A stretch of DNA of 64,000 nucleotides, from NCBI GenBank assembly GCA_013360585.1, contig JABWBH010000004.1:49422-113421 (forward strand), written 5' to 3'. Position numbers and translations under genes: made by a program. This document shows positions 27,921 to 37,642 of this stretch, piece after piece. Each line of letters starts with the position of its first letter. Position 1 is the stretch's first letter. Under the pieces are notes generated by a model. That model was not told the DNA's origin. It saw only the letters and a list, made by a program, of their open reading frames with translations, and did not search any database. The DNA is from Phycisphaerae bacterium. Its GTDB lineage: Bacteria; Planctomycetota; Phycisphaerae; UBA1845.

Positions 27921-29123
27921 GTGACCTGCCTCCCTGAAACAGGCTGCGCTCCCGCAACGGCCGCACTTCTCGCGGCAGGAGGCGTTGCGCGCCCACCGCG
28001 CTTTCGTGTGCTTGCCGTCGGACCGGATCCGCGGGAGATCGGCGGCATGTCCACGGTCGTCGCGCAGATGCTGGAGCTGGACTGGGGTCCGCGCGGAGAA
28101 GTCCGGTTCCAGCGGATCACCACCGGCGGTCGTGTGCGAGAGACAATGCTCGGGAAGCTCCGGCGGCACGGATTGCAGACGCGGACGCTGCGGAAGCGCA
28201 TCCGGCGGGAAGGTATCAATGTCCTGCATATGCACACGTGCAGCGGGGCGTCGTTCTGGCGGTCGGCGGCGGACATGACGACTGCGCGAGGAAGCGGGTG
28301 CGCGACGGTGCTCCACGTTCACGGGGCGATGTTCGATCAGTTTGTCACGGGGAGCGGGCGGACCGCCCGGCGGCTGGTTCGACTTGTGCTGGAGCGGGCG
28401 GACGCGGTGATCGCGCTGGGCGAGCACTGGGCACGGGCGATCCGAGCGTGCGCGCCGCGCGCGAACATCCGCGTGATTCCGAATGCGGTGGAGATCCCGC
28501 CGATGTCGGAAGTCGGTAAAACCGGTCGCGAAGCCGGCGCGGCGTGCCGCTTTCTGCTGCTGGCGAAGCTGGATGCGTGGAAGGGCGTGGCGGATCTGAT
28601 CGAAGCCGCCGTCATCCTTGAGCGCTCGGGCGCTCCTTTTGAACTCGTGCTGGCGGGGCCGGGGGGGTCGGCGGGTTCCGTCAAGGCGGTCGGCGCGATG
28701 ATCACGGCTCGGGGGTTGTCAACGCGGGTGCGCTGTGTCGGACCGCTTTGCGGAGCGGCGCGGACGGAAGCGCTGCGTCATGCGGACGTGCTCGTGCAGC
28801 CGAGTCATCATGAGGGGATGCCGATGTCGGTGCTGGAGGCGATGTCGTTCGGGAAGGCGGTCGTGGCGTCGCAGGTCGGGGCGCTTCCGGAGGTGGTCGA
28901 GGAGGGGCGGACCGGGCTTCTCGTTCCGCCGCAGGATCCCGCTGCGCTCGCCCGGGCGATGCTGCGGTTGGTGCATGCCCCGGAATTGCGTCACAGGCTT
29001 GGTGATGCCGGGCGGCGCGTCATCGGTGATCGCTTCAGTCTGGACCGGTGGCGCGAGGCGCTGATCGATCTTTATGAGGACTTGTTGGCGGAGCGCTTGC
29101 GCCGCCACTCCTGCCAGGCGTGA
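27921..29123 (+). CDS. Glycosyltransferase, GT4 (GT-B) family
   Basis: C-terminal EX7E-type region: PSHHEGMPMSVLEAMSFGKAVVASQVGALPEVVEEGRTGLLVPP. The start is uncertain. GTG at 27921 after GGAAGGA is chosen. The track start at 27735 overlaps the dgt-like gene. Confidence 0.8.
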   Translation: MTCLPETGCAPATAALLAAGGVARPPRFRVLAVGPDPREIGGMSTVVAQMLELDWGPRGEVRFQRITTGGRVRETMLGKLRRHGLQTRTLRKRIRREGINVLHMHTCSGASFWRSAADMTTARGSGCATVLHVHGAMFDQFVTGSGRTARRLVRLVLERADAVIALGEHWARAIRACAPRANIRVIPNAVEIPPMSEVGKTGREAGAACRFLLLAKLDAWKGVADLIEAAVILERSGAPFELVLAGPGGSAGSVKAVGAMITARGLSTRVRCVGPLCGAARTEALRHADVLVQPSHHEGMPMSVLEAMSFGKAVVASQVGALPEVVEEGRTGLLVPPQDPAALARAMLRLVHAPELRHRLGDAGRRVIGDRFSLDRWREALIDLYEDLLAERLRRHSCQA

Positions 29124-29743
29124 ACGAACATCGGCGAGATGCTCAGCAGGATGACGATCAGCACGGCCTTTTCGAGATTCTGCTGCACCCAGGGGATCTG
29201 CCCGAGGTAGTATCCCAGGAGGGTCATGCTCACGACCCACCCGATGCCGCCGAAGACATTGTAGGCGACAAAGTGCCGGTAGTTCATCGAAGCCGCGCCG
29301 GCGACGACGGGCGCGAAAGTGCGGATGATGGGAATAAAGCGGGCGAGCACGATCGTCTTGCCGCCGTGACGCTCGTAGAACTCATGCGCCCGCAGCAGGT
29401 AGTCTCGGCGGAAGAAGCGGCTCTGAGGACGGTTGAAGATCGGGGGACCGGCTTTGTGTCCGATCCAGTACCCGACGGTGTCGCCGACGATCGCCGCGAT
29501 GATGAGCACCACGTTCAGCCAGAAGATCGAGAACTGGTGATCGCCCATGATTTTCTCTCCCGCCGGGCTGGCGAGGAAACCGGCGACGAAAAGCAGGCTG
29601 TCGCCCGGGAGGAAGAAGCCGATCAGCAGACCCGTCTCCGCGAAAACAATGAGGGCAAGGACCGGAAGCCCGCCCCAGCCGATCAATGTCTGCAACCCCT
29701 CGGGCGTCGAGATCAGATGCCAGAATTGTTTGATCCACTCCAT
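29072..29743 (-). CDS. DedA-family inner-membrane protein
   Basis: FAETGLLIGFFLPGDSLLFVAGFLAS ... GKTIVLARFIPIIRTFAPVVAG is the DedA / SNARE-associated signature. ATG is at 29743. Its 3' end overlaps the convergent GT4 gene by 52 nt. Confidence 0.85.
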   Translation of the reverse strand: MEWIKQFWHLISTPEGLQTLIGWGGLPVLALIVFAETGLLIGFFLPGDSLLFVAGFLASPAGEKIMGDHQFSIFWLNVVLIIAAIVGDTVGYWIGHKAGPPIFNRPQSRFFRRDYLLRAHEFYERHGGKTIVLARFIPIIRTFAPVVAGAASMNYRHFVAYNVFGGIGWVVSMTLLGYYLGQIPWVQQNLEKAVLIVILLSISPMFVHAWQEWRRKRSANKSS

Positions 29744-29913
29744 CTTGTTCTCATATCCTTCCGCGAGACCTTGTGCCCGACAGGGAGGCGGCATCCTAGC
29801 GTCGGTCCCGGCAACCGGAAACCGACGATCTGCGAAGACCCCTGTCAGCGAGGCGCCGGGAAGATCTGCGAAGGTTGCGGGCGTTCGTGACAGGGGAGTT
29901 CAGCGTGGGAGGC

Positions 29914-30297
29914 ATGAATCCCAGCAGCATTCAGGCGGTCGAGAGCGTCACGTTGGACGCACCGCGCGATCGTGCGGAGGCGCTGCGCTGGTTTTACGGG
30001 GATCTGGCCGGGCTGGAGCCGGCGTCATCCGGCGCGGCCGGCGACGATCTCCGCTTTCGGTCGGGCAGGATTGTATTGACGATCCGGTTGGCGGAGGCTG
30101 CGGTCATTGATCCGATCCCGGTCCGGCTGACGGTGCTGGTCCGATCGTTGGCGGCTGTCAGGAAGGAGCTTGATGAGCGGGGGATCACATATGAAGTCTT
30201 CACCGGGATGCTGTCGTCCGACCGGTCGATCGCGGTGGCGGATCCGGCTGGCTACCGGGTGATCCTCCGTCAGGACGGGACGCTTTTCGGATTTTGA
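29914..30297 (+). CDS. Small VOC/glyoxalase-fold-like protein (weak)
   Basis: 127 aa. GGGAGG precedes ATG 29914. The beta-alpha-beta-beta-beta-like pattern and the ending VADPAGYRVILRQ are typical of VOC proteins. The assignment is tentative. Confidence 0.45.
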   Translation: MNPSSIQAVESVTLDAPRDRAEALRWFYGDLAGLEPASSGAAGDDLRFRSGRIVLTIRLAEAAVIDPIPVRLTVLVRSLAAVRKELDERGITYEVFTGMLSSDRSIAVADPAGYRVILRQDGTLFGF

Positions 30298-30375
30298 TCG
30301 ACGGCGGAGGCGTCGGGTTGGACGGTTGCGGGACGCGCGCCTAACGTAATCGCTCAGATCAGCGAGGGAACAAGG

Positions 30376-31647
30376 ATGATGAAGAAGTCGATCGACGGCG
30401 TTGCGCTGAGGGGCAAGCGTGTCCTGGTGCGGGTGGATTTCAATGTGCCGCTCGACGCCGCGCAACACGTCACGGATGACACGCGGATTCGCGCCGCGCT
30501 GCCGACGATCCGCCGCATTCTGGAGGAAGGGGGGCGCGTTATTCTGATCAGCCACCTCGGGCGCCCGGACGAAGAACCTGAGGCGAAAGCGAAGTACTCG
30601 CTCGCGCCCGTCGCGGGCCGGCTGAGCGACTTGATCGCCCGTCCCGTCCGGTTCGTGCAGGATTGTGTCGGTCCCGAGGTACGTCACGCCGTCGCCGAAA
30701 TGCGGGACGGGAGTGTGTTGTTGCTCGAGAACCTCAGGTTTCACGAGGCTGAAGTCATCAAGGACAAGAACGCGGCGAAGGATCCGGCGTTGCGGGAGGC
30801 GAAGGACGCCTTCGCCCGCCAGCTCGCCAGTCTCGCGGACGTTTACGTCAACGACGCATTCGGAACCTGTCACCGCGACAACGCCAGCATGTTGACCGTC
30901 CCGCAAATGATGACGGGAAAGCCGAAGGTCGTCGGTTACCTTGTGCGGAAAGAGCTGGAGTATCTCGGTGCGGCGATCCACGCCCCGAAGCGACCTTTTG
31001 TCTGCGTGCTCGGCGGAGCGAAGGTGTCTGACAAGATCCGCGTCATCGAGCGCCTGCTGGAGCGCTGCGACGCCCTGCTCATCGGCGGGGCGATGATGTT
31101 CACGTTCTGGGGCGCGGAGGGTCATCCGGTGGGAAAAAGCCGGGTCGAACCGGACGCCTTCGACCTCGCGCGGCGGCTCCGTGCCGAGGCCGGACCGAAG
31201 CTGCGCGTGCCGACCGATTGCGTCGCGGCGGATCGGATCGCGTCGGATGCGGCGACGACGGTCTGCGCCATCGAGGGGGCTTCGGGCGCAGCGGGAGAAG
31301 GCGGGCGCGGGGTGCCGGCGCCTCTGATGGGGCTGGACATCGGTCCGGCGACGATCGCGACCTTTGAGAGCGTGCTGTCCACGGCGGTGACAATTGTCTG
31401 GAACGGTCCGATGGGCGTATTCGAGACCCCGCCTTTCGACCGCGGCACGCGCGCCGTGGCCCGCGCGATGTCACAGGCGACACAGCGCGACGCGATCACG
31501 ATCGTCGGAGGGGGTGACAGCGCGGCGGCCGTGACGCAGGCGGGGCTGGCGCCGATGATGACGCACGTTTCGACCGGCGGAGGGGCGTCGCTCGAGTTTC
31601 TCGAGGGCAAGTCCTTCGCGGCCCTGGAAGTCCTCGATGACGCGTGA
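30376..31647 (+). CDS. pgk: Phosphoglycerate kinase
   Basis: GKRVLVRVDFNVPLD, ILISHLGRP, VYVNDAFGTCHR, GGAKVSDKI and ITIVGGGDSAAAV. Confidence 0.96.
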   Translation: MMKKSIDGVALRGKRVLVRVDFNVPLDAAQHVTDDTRIRAALPTIRRILEEGGRVILISHLGRPDEEPEAKAKYSLAPVAGRLSDLIARPVRFVQDCVGPEVRHAVAEMRDGSVLLLENLRFHEAEVIKDKNAAKDPALREAKDAFARQLASLADVYVNDAFGTCHRDNASMLTVPQMMTGKPKVVGYLVRKELEYLGAAIHAPKRPFVCVLGGAKVSDKIRVIERLLERCDALLIGGAMMFTFWGAEGHPVGKSRVEPDAFDLARRLRAEAGPKLRVPTDCVAADRIASDAATTVCAIEGASGAAGEGGRGVPAPLMGLDIGPATIATFESVLSTAVTIVWNGPMGVFETPPFDRGTRAVARAMSQATQRDAITIVGGGDSAAAVTQAGLAPMMTHVSTGGGASLEFLEGKSFAALEVLDDA

Positions 31648-31877
31648 TCTCAGCGGGTTCCGGACGGGCATCCGGGTGATGTCTGGCTCGGGGAGGGGGG
31701 TGGGTCTTCTGGGGGGATCCGGTCGCCCGGGGTTGGCCGGACACTTCAACTCGGATAGAATAATCGTGATCGTGGCTTGATGTTTCATCTTTCGGGGTCC
31801 GGAGATGGATCGTGGTCGTCGCGGTCCGAGGCAAGTCGAATTCGATCCGTCCGCCTCGAGGTAAGGCGAGGCGTGGA

Positions 31878-32663
31878 GTGCGCGCGGACCGGTCGGGCGC
31901 GGCCGGCGCCTTCACCCTGATTGAGACGCTCGTCGTCGTGGCGATCATCGCGCTTCTGCTGTCGCTGCTGGCGCCGGGGTTGCGCTCCGCACGAGCCCGC
32001 ATGTACACCCTGGGTTGTTCGTCGAACCTTCGGAACACGACGTTTCAGTTTCGTTTGTTCGTCGAGGGAGAGCGGGAAGACGGACGCGGCGACAGCGACG
32101 AACGTTACGGTCCGACCTCCGGGCGGTTTCAGATCGATGATTTTCAGGAGAGTCTTTACGGCGTAGCCGAGTTCTGGGATCTCGGGAATCCGTCGACGGT
32201 TCCGCTCGCCTCAGATCATGCGATGCGTTGCCCGGCGTCGGGGTCCGACCTGACCCGCGTGGGTCGTCAGCTTGACTTGCGCGACGCGATCACGCCGGCG
32301 GAGAACGTCTCGGTTGCGTTGAATATGCGTCTGCTGCAAGCCGTCGTGGAGTTTCAAGGTCAGATGCGGCTGGCGCCCGTCGCTTCGTGTTCGCTGAGCG
32401 CCCGCGTGCTGGAGCATCCTTATGCGCCGCTGGCGATCGACGTGGACGGTGTTGCGGCGATGCGGAAGGTGGGGAACCCGTTTTACATTGCCCCGCCGAT
32501 CCCGAACGTTCCGGAAGATGATTACACGTCCGGCGCATACTGGTCGCCGGCGCACCGTCATCACGGGCAGACGGTGGTGGGGTTCGTCGGCGGTCACGTG
32601 CTTCGCAGCCCGACGCCGGAGCGGGAACCCTGGGACTGGGCCTATCAGGCTGAGGTCCGCTAG
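31878..32663 (+). CDS. Prepilin-type N-terminal cleavage/methylation domain protein (DUF1559-like pseudopilin)
   Basis: GAFTLIETLVVVAIIALLLSLLAPGL is the type IV pilin-like N-terminal helix. The start is uncertain: GTG 31878 gives a short basic leader, while the track start is GTG 31812. Confidence 0.75.
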   Translation: MRADRSGAAGAFTLIETLVVVAIIALLLSLLAPGLRSARARMYTLGCSSNLRNTTFQFRLFVEGEREDGRGDSDERYGPTSGRFQIDDFQESLYGVAEFWDLGNPSTVPLASDHAMRCPASGSDLTRVGRQLDLRDAITPAENVSVALNMRLLQAVVEFQGQMRLAPVASCSLSARVLEHPYAPLAIDVDGVAAMRKVGNPFYIAPPIPNVPEDDYTSGAYWSPAHRHHGQTVVGFVGGHVLRSPTPEREPWDWAYQAEVR

Positions 32664-32680
32664 CCGGCCCGAGCGGTTCC

Positions 32681-34960
32681 GTGATGACCCTGCGTCGCAA
32701 GCTCATCCTGCTGCTGGCGGCGTTTGCCGTGTTCGTCGTCGGGGTCACCGGGGCGACGATCTACGCGATCCACCTCTACATCAACGACGCGACTCAGCGC
32801 TTCGAGCGCTGGACGACGGAGGCAAGCCGGACGGACCGGCTGCTGACATCGTTGAACGAATACGTCGCGGCGCTTCAGGACCGGCTGACCTCGGCGGGCG
32901 CCGAGGCGCGCCTTGCGGCGAGTCAATCCGTTCTTCTGGATCAGCTTGAATCCGCGCTGATTCCCGAGGCCTCGGGCGACGCGCGTTCCCGCGAGGATCT
33001 GCGGGTGCTGGGGCGGCGACTGCGGGAGGAGACACGCGAGTATCTGACGTTGATCGCGTCGGACGGACCGGAGGCGGCGCGGCGCTTTTTCGACGACCGA
33101 ATTCACGCGCAGACGGTTCCGCTGATGCGGCGCGAGCTGATGCGGACGCGTCCCCAGCTGGAGGCGTGGCGGCAGGAGTCGGCGATGCAACTGGTGCGCA
33201 CCGGCGAGCGTGTGCTGCTGCTGGCGGCGGGGGTGGCCGTGACGGCGGCGGTGATGCTCCTGCTGGGGGCGCACCTCATCGGGCGCTGGTTGATTCTGCC
33301 GATCGCGGACCTGCATCACGCGACGGAGCAGTTCCGGTCCGGGCGCCTCGACTACCGTGTCCGCCCGCGCGGCGGAGACGAACTCGGACAACTCGCCGCC
33401 GCGCTGAACACGATGGCCGGGTCGCTGGCGGAGGCCGATCGCGTGCTTCAGGCGTCTGAGCGGAAATACCGGGCGCTGTTTGAGAACCTGCGCGACGCGC
33501 TGGTTCTCTGCGACGCGGACGGGCGAGTCGTTGAGTGTCATGATTCTGACACTCTTCTTCTGTCCGCGGAGGCGGCGACGGCGCGCGGCCGGGCGCTGAC
33601 GGAGGCGTTCCCGGCGTGGGCGTCCGGCGACTTGAACGCCGAGCGGCTGGTCCGCGACGTGACGCACGACGGCATCCGGCGGCGGCGGTCGGACGCGGTG
33701 CTGCTGCGGGGAGAGGACGGCGTCCCCTGCGTGGTCGACGTCGTGGCGTTTCCGATCGAGATCGGCGGGCGCCGCTGCGCGGCGCTGGTGCTGCGCGATG
33801 CGCGGGAGCGGCGTGCGCTGGAGGAGCGGGTGCGCCGGGCGGAAACGATGGAGGCGCTGGGGCGCTTCGCCGGAGGCATCGCCCACGACTTCAACAACCT
33901 GCTGACCGGGGCGGTCGCGTCGCTGGGTCTGATACAGACCCGGGACGAGGCGAACAAGCAGACCGAGCGTCTGAACGCGGCGCTCGCCGCGTGCTGGCAG
34001 GCGGCGGGCCTGTCGCGGCGCTTGCTCCACCTGGCGCGCGGCGGCCGGGGGCATGCGCAGGTGCTGCGCCCCGCGGAGCTGGTCGAGACAATCCTCGCGT
34101 CGCAGGAGGAGGCCTTTTTCTCCGGCGTGTCGGTCGAAAAGCGCCTCGACCCCGCCGTCGCCATCCGGATGGACCCCGACGAACTGACGCAAGTCATCCT
34201 CAATCTCATTACGAATGCGAAGGAGGCGATGCCCGACGGCGGAAGACTCGCGATCGTTGTGGATCGCGAGCGGGAAGTCGACGAGGCCGGCGGGGACGCG
34301 CGGGACTGGGCCTGCATCCGCGTTCGGGACAGCGGCACGGGGATCGCTCCCGAAGCGCGCCGCCGCATCTTCGAGCCGTTTTACACCACGAAGCACCAGC
34401 CCGGACGGCACGGGACCGGTCTGGGGCTGTCGATCGTTTACGCCGCCGTCGCCAGCGCCGGCGGGCGGATCGACGTGGAGAGCGAACCCGGCCAGGGCGC
34501 TGAGTTCCTGATTCGGCTCCCACTCTGTCAGGAGGAGCGCCCGGAAGCGACGCAGCAGCGCCGGACGGGACGCTCCGACTTCAAACCCGGCGGTCTGGTG
34601 CTGCTCGTCGATGACGACGCCGACGTGCGTGGGGCGTGCGCGGACGCCCTGCAATCCTGGGGTTTCAAGGTGCGGACGGCGGCGAGCATTGCCGAAGCGA
34701 GGCGGTGCTTCGCCGATGCGTCCGGGGAACGACCGACGCTTGCCCTGATTGATGCGGCGCTGCCGGACGGCGCCGGGACGGACCTGGCCGAAGCGTGGCT
34801 GCGAGAGGATTCCCGGCTGGCGATCATCATGATGTCGGGGTATGCGCGCCAGGCGGACTCGGAAGTGCTGACGACTCGTCTTGCGGCGTGGCTGGAGAAG
34901 CCTTTTCCGCTGGAGGCGCTGGCGGCGGCGCTGGATCGATGCCGGCGTGAAGGCGTCTGA
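32681..34960 (+). CDS. Hybrid sensor histidine kinase (TM-HAMP-PAS-HisKA-HATPase-receiver)
   Basis: HAMP: ILPIADLHHATEQFRSGRLDYRV...DELGQLAAALNTMAGSL. PAS: YRALFENLRDALVLCDADGRV. H-box: FAGGIAHDFNNLL. G-box: GTGLGLSIVY. Receiver: VLLVDDDADVR...ALIDAALPDGAG. Confidence 0.9.
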   Translation: MMTLRRKLILLLAAFAVFVVGVTGATIYAIHLYINDATQRFERWTTEASRTDRLLTSLNEYVAALQDRLTSAGAEARLAASQSVLLDQLESALIPEASGDARSREDLRVLGRRLREETREYLTLIASDGPEAARRFFDDRIHAQTVPLMRRELMRTRPQLEAWRQESAMQLVRTGERVLLLAAGVAVTAAVMLLLGAHLIGRWLILPIADLHHATEQFRSGRLDYRVRPRGGDELGQLAAALNTMAGSLAEADRVLQASERKYRALFENLRDALVLCDADGRVVECHDSDTLLLSAEAATARGRALTEAFPAWASGDLNAERLVRDVTHDGIRRRRSDAVLLRGEDGVPCVVDVVAFPIEIGGRRCAALVLRDARERRALEERVRRAETMEALGRFAGGIAHDFNNLLTGAVASLGLIQTRDEANKQTERLNAALAACWQAAGLSRRLLHLARGGRGHAQVLRPAELVETILASQEEAFFSGVSVEKRLDPAVAIRMDPDELTQVILNLITNAKEAMPDGGRLAIVVDREREVDEAGGDARDWACIRVRDSGTGIAPEARRRIFEPFYTTKHQPGRHGTGLGLSIVYAAVASAGGRIDVESEPGQGAEFLIRLPLCQEERPEATQQRRTGRSDFKPGGLVLLVDDDADVRGACADALQSWGFKVRTAASIAEARRCFADASGERPTLALIDAALPDGAGTDLAEAWLREDSRLAIIMMSGYARQADSEVLTTRLAAWLEKPFPLEALAAALDRCRREGV

Positions 34961-34969
34961 CGCAGGCGG

Positions 34970-35704
34970 TCAGGCGGACGGAAACTCGTCCGGAGGCGTG
35001 TCGCTGAGGACGTAGCCGACGCCGCGGATCGTATGTATCAGGCGCGGGTAAAGCCCGCCCTCGAGCTTGTTGCGCAGATAATTGATGTAGACGTTCAGCA
35101 CGTTGCCGCCCTCCTCCGAGACCTCGCCCCAGACCTGCTGAAGGATGAGGCGGCGATCGAGGATCTCGCGCGGGTGATTCATCAAGTGCGCCAGCAGGGC
35201 GCATTCGCGCGTCGACAACTCATGCGCCAGTTTTCCGCGCCGCACCGCCCGCCGGACCAGATCCAGCTCGACATCGAGAAAACGCAGCAGGTGCGGATGC
35301 GACCCGCGCGACCGGCGCAGCAGGGCGGCGATCCGCGCCGTCAGCTCCGCGATCGCAAAAGGCTTGCAAAGATAGTCATCCGCTCCGCGCTCCAGACCCG
35401 CCACGCGGTCCTCGATCCGGTCCTGCACCGTGAGCATGAGCACGGGGAGCGTGCTGCCGGTCCGGCGCAGTTCGGAGGCGAATTCCAGCCCGCTTCCGTC
35501 GGGCAGGCGGACGTCCAGCACAATGAGTTCCAGCGCCTGATGCTGAAGAACGCGCCGGGCTTCCGCGAGCGTCTCCGCGGCGCTGACCGTGAACTCGTCA
35601 TGATTCAACCCTTCGACCACGAGGCGGCGGACGAGCGGATCGTCATCGACGACCAGCACCCTGGCGCGAGAGTCGGAAACCGGGGGATGAGTCTGAAGCG
35701 GCAT
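34970..35704 (-). CDS. OmpR/PhoB-family response regulator
   Basis: Receiver: RVLVVDDDPLVRR...LIVLDVRLPDGSG...KPF. Winged helix: LSTRECALLAHLMNHPREILDRRLILQQVWG...NVLNVYINYLRNKL...IHTIRGVGYVL. Confidence 0.9.
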   Translation of the reverse strand: MPLQTHPPVSDSRARVLVVDDDPLVRRLVVEGLNHDEFTVSAAETLAEARRVLQHQALELIVLDVRLPDGSGLEFASELRRTGSTLPVLMLTVQDRIEDRVAGLERGADDYLCKPFAIAELTARIAALLRRSRGSHPHLLRFLDVELDLVRRAVRRGKLAHELSTRECALLAHLMNHPREILDRRLILQQVWGEVSEEGGNVLNVYINYLRNKLEGGLYPRLIHTIRGVGYVLSDTPPDEFPSA

Positions 35705-35882
35705 GACGCAAGATTACCCCGTCGCTCAAACCGCGACAACGAAAAAACCGGCCGGAAAGGCTGAATCCGCGGTTGCCAGCCCAGCCGGGCGACCGTCCGG
35801 CGGCGCTGCATTACAGCGCGTCCCGGAATCAGTCCGATATCGCTCAAACCTGCTGAAAGGAATACCGGTTTTCGACGGAACA

Positions 35883-37535
35883 ATGCAACCCGAACGCCGT
35901 GGAATCCCTCGTGCATGCTCCCGCACGGTGTCCGACGCGCTCCAAGCCGGTCGAGTGCTGGCGCTGCCGACAGCGGTCGCTGTCGGGGTAGCGGCGGCAG
36001 CGCTGCGGGACACGCCGCTCTGGGCTCAACCGGACAGCGTCGCCTACCTCGATCTGGCGGCTGCGCTGTCCCGCGGCGACTTCACCGACGAGCTTTTTCT
36101 GATGCGGCCGCCGGGTTACCCGCTGCTGATTGCGGCGACAGCGCAGATTGCGGGAGGTTCCGCCGGGGTCGCGCTGCTCGTGATTCAGCGGATGATGGTC
36201 GTGGCGATCGCCGCGTTGACCACGCTGACGGCGTTTGCGCTGACGCGGCAGCGCAGCGTTGCAGCGCTGGCGGGGGTTCTGACGGCGCTGACCTGGCCGC
36301 TGACGGCGTACGCGGCCGTCATCCTGACCGAAATCCCTTACACGTTCGCGGCAATGACGACGCTGTGCTTGTTGGCGCATCACCTGCACGGCGGGTCGCG
36401 CAGCGCGCTCGCGTGCGCCTCCGTCGCCGCCGGAGCCGCCGGTCTGATCCGTCCTCTCGGGATGCCTCTGCTGGCGCTTTGTGCGGTCACGGCCGGAGTT
36501 CGGTGGTTCAAGGCGCGGTCGTGCGCTGACGAGAACACTCGGCCCCGGGGGTGCGGGGCGCGTTCGCTGGCGTCACGCCTTTTCGTCGCGGTCGCGCCGG
36601 GCGCCGTTGCGCTCGCTGCGTGGGCGTTGCACGTTCGCGCGGTTTTTCCCGACGGCGCGTCCGGGACGTGGATGCGGGCGCAGCTTTATGTCCGAGCCGT
36701 GCAGGTTGAGAGACTGAAGGCGCCGTCCTCCCCCGCGTTCCTCGAGCTTCAACGTTGCGTGGATGAGGTCAATGTCGGCCTTCCTGACGGCGAGCGGCGC
36801 TTTCGCGTTGAATATCCCTGGGACGCCGTGACCTGCTACCGTCGGAGGCACGGCGTGGGGTTGACGGAAGGGGTACGCCAGCTCGGCGACGCGGCTGAGC
36901 CGATCTTCCGGGCGCACCTGCCGCAACTTCTGCTGACAACGCCGCGTCACATGGCGCGGACGCTTCTGATTCCTGATCCGGTATACCGCTACCGTCCAGA
37001 CGCACCTCTCGTTGCGGATCCGGATCCGTCGTTGAATGTCCTGCTCTCGACAGAAACCTACGCCGCGTCGGTGCTGGAGCGGGTCCGCGATCCGGTGTTC
37101 GCAGGCAGATTCGTTCGCGCGGCGGAAGGCGGCCTGGCCGGCAGCGCGTGGACCGCGATGGCTCGCGGGTATTACGCCTTCGTCGAGCGGCCGACGCGAC
37201 TGCCGATTCCGGTTGCGGATTCGTTTTATGAAGCGTGGATGCTTGGGGCGGTGGCGGGGGGCGTCGTCTTTCTTCAGCGCGGGCGCCGCGCCGGCGCCTT
37301 GCTGCTGATGACGTTCGCACTGGTTCACCTTTTTCCAGCCGCCCTCACACAGGGGACGATCCCGCGTTACGCCGTGCCGGTTCAGCCGGCGATCCAGATC
37401 ACGGCTGCGGCGGGGGTGCTCACGATCGTCGCTTTCGCGCGGCGCCTATGCATGAGCATCCGACTTCGTCCGCGCAGATTCGAGCAGGCGGAGCGTTCGG
37501 CGTCCGCGGCCGGAGGTTCCGCCGTCGTCGGCTGA
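35883..37535 (+). CDS. Polytopic membrane glycosyltransferase, ArnT/PMT (GT39/GT83)-like
   Basis: About 10 hydrophobic segments. The first periplasmic loop, DSVAYLDLAAALSRGDFTDELFLMRPPGYPLLIA, resembles GT-C enzymes. The start is uncertain: ATG 35883 is chosen, and the track start at 35703 would overlap the regulator's start codon. Confidence 0.6.
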   Translation: MQPERRGIPRACSRTVSDALQAGRVLALPTAVAVGVAAAALRDTPLWAQPDSVAYLDLAAALSRGDFTDELFLMRPPGYPLLIAATAQIAGGSAGVALLVIQRMMVVAIAALTTLTAFALTRQRSVAALAGVLTALTWPLTAYAAVILTEIPYTFAAMTTLCLLAHHLHGGSRSALACASVAAGAAGLIRPLGMPLLALCAVTAGVRWFKARSCADENTRPRGCGARSLASRLFVAVAPGAVALAAWALHVRAVFPDGASGTWMRAQLYVRAVQVERLKAPSSPAFLELQRCVDEVNVGLPDGERRFRVEYPWDAVTCYRRRHGVGLTEGVRQLGDAAEPIFRAHLPQLLLTTPRHMARTLLIPDPVYRYRPDAPLVADPDPSLNVLLSTETYAASVLERVRDPVFAGRFVRAAEGGLAGSAWTAMARGYYAFVERPTRLPIPVADSFYEAWMLGAVAGGVVFLQRGRRAGALLLMTFALVHLFPAALTQGTIPRYAVPVQPAIQITAAAGVLTIVAFARRLCMSIRLRPRRFEQAERSASAAGGSAVVG

Positions 37536-37642
37536 TGCATTTTTCCGCCACGCCTCGTTTTCCCCGAACCAACACGCTCCAGCCCGCGTAGTAGTGGCGC
37601 GCCAGTTGCGAAGCGTTAGCATCGGCAGGCCGAGGACGGGAT

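Noticed and set aside
32660-34654. 664-aa minus-strand ORF
   Set aside because: It is antisense to the hybrid histidine kinase, whose HAMP, PAS, H-box and G-box motifs are unambiguous. Its Arg/Pro/Gln-rich composition has no motifs.
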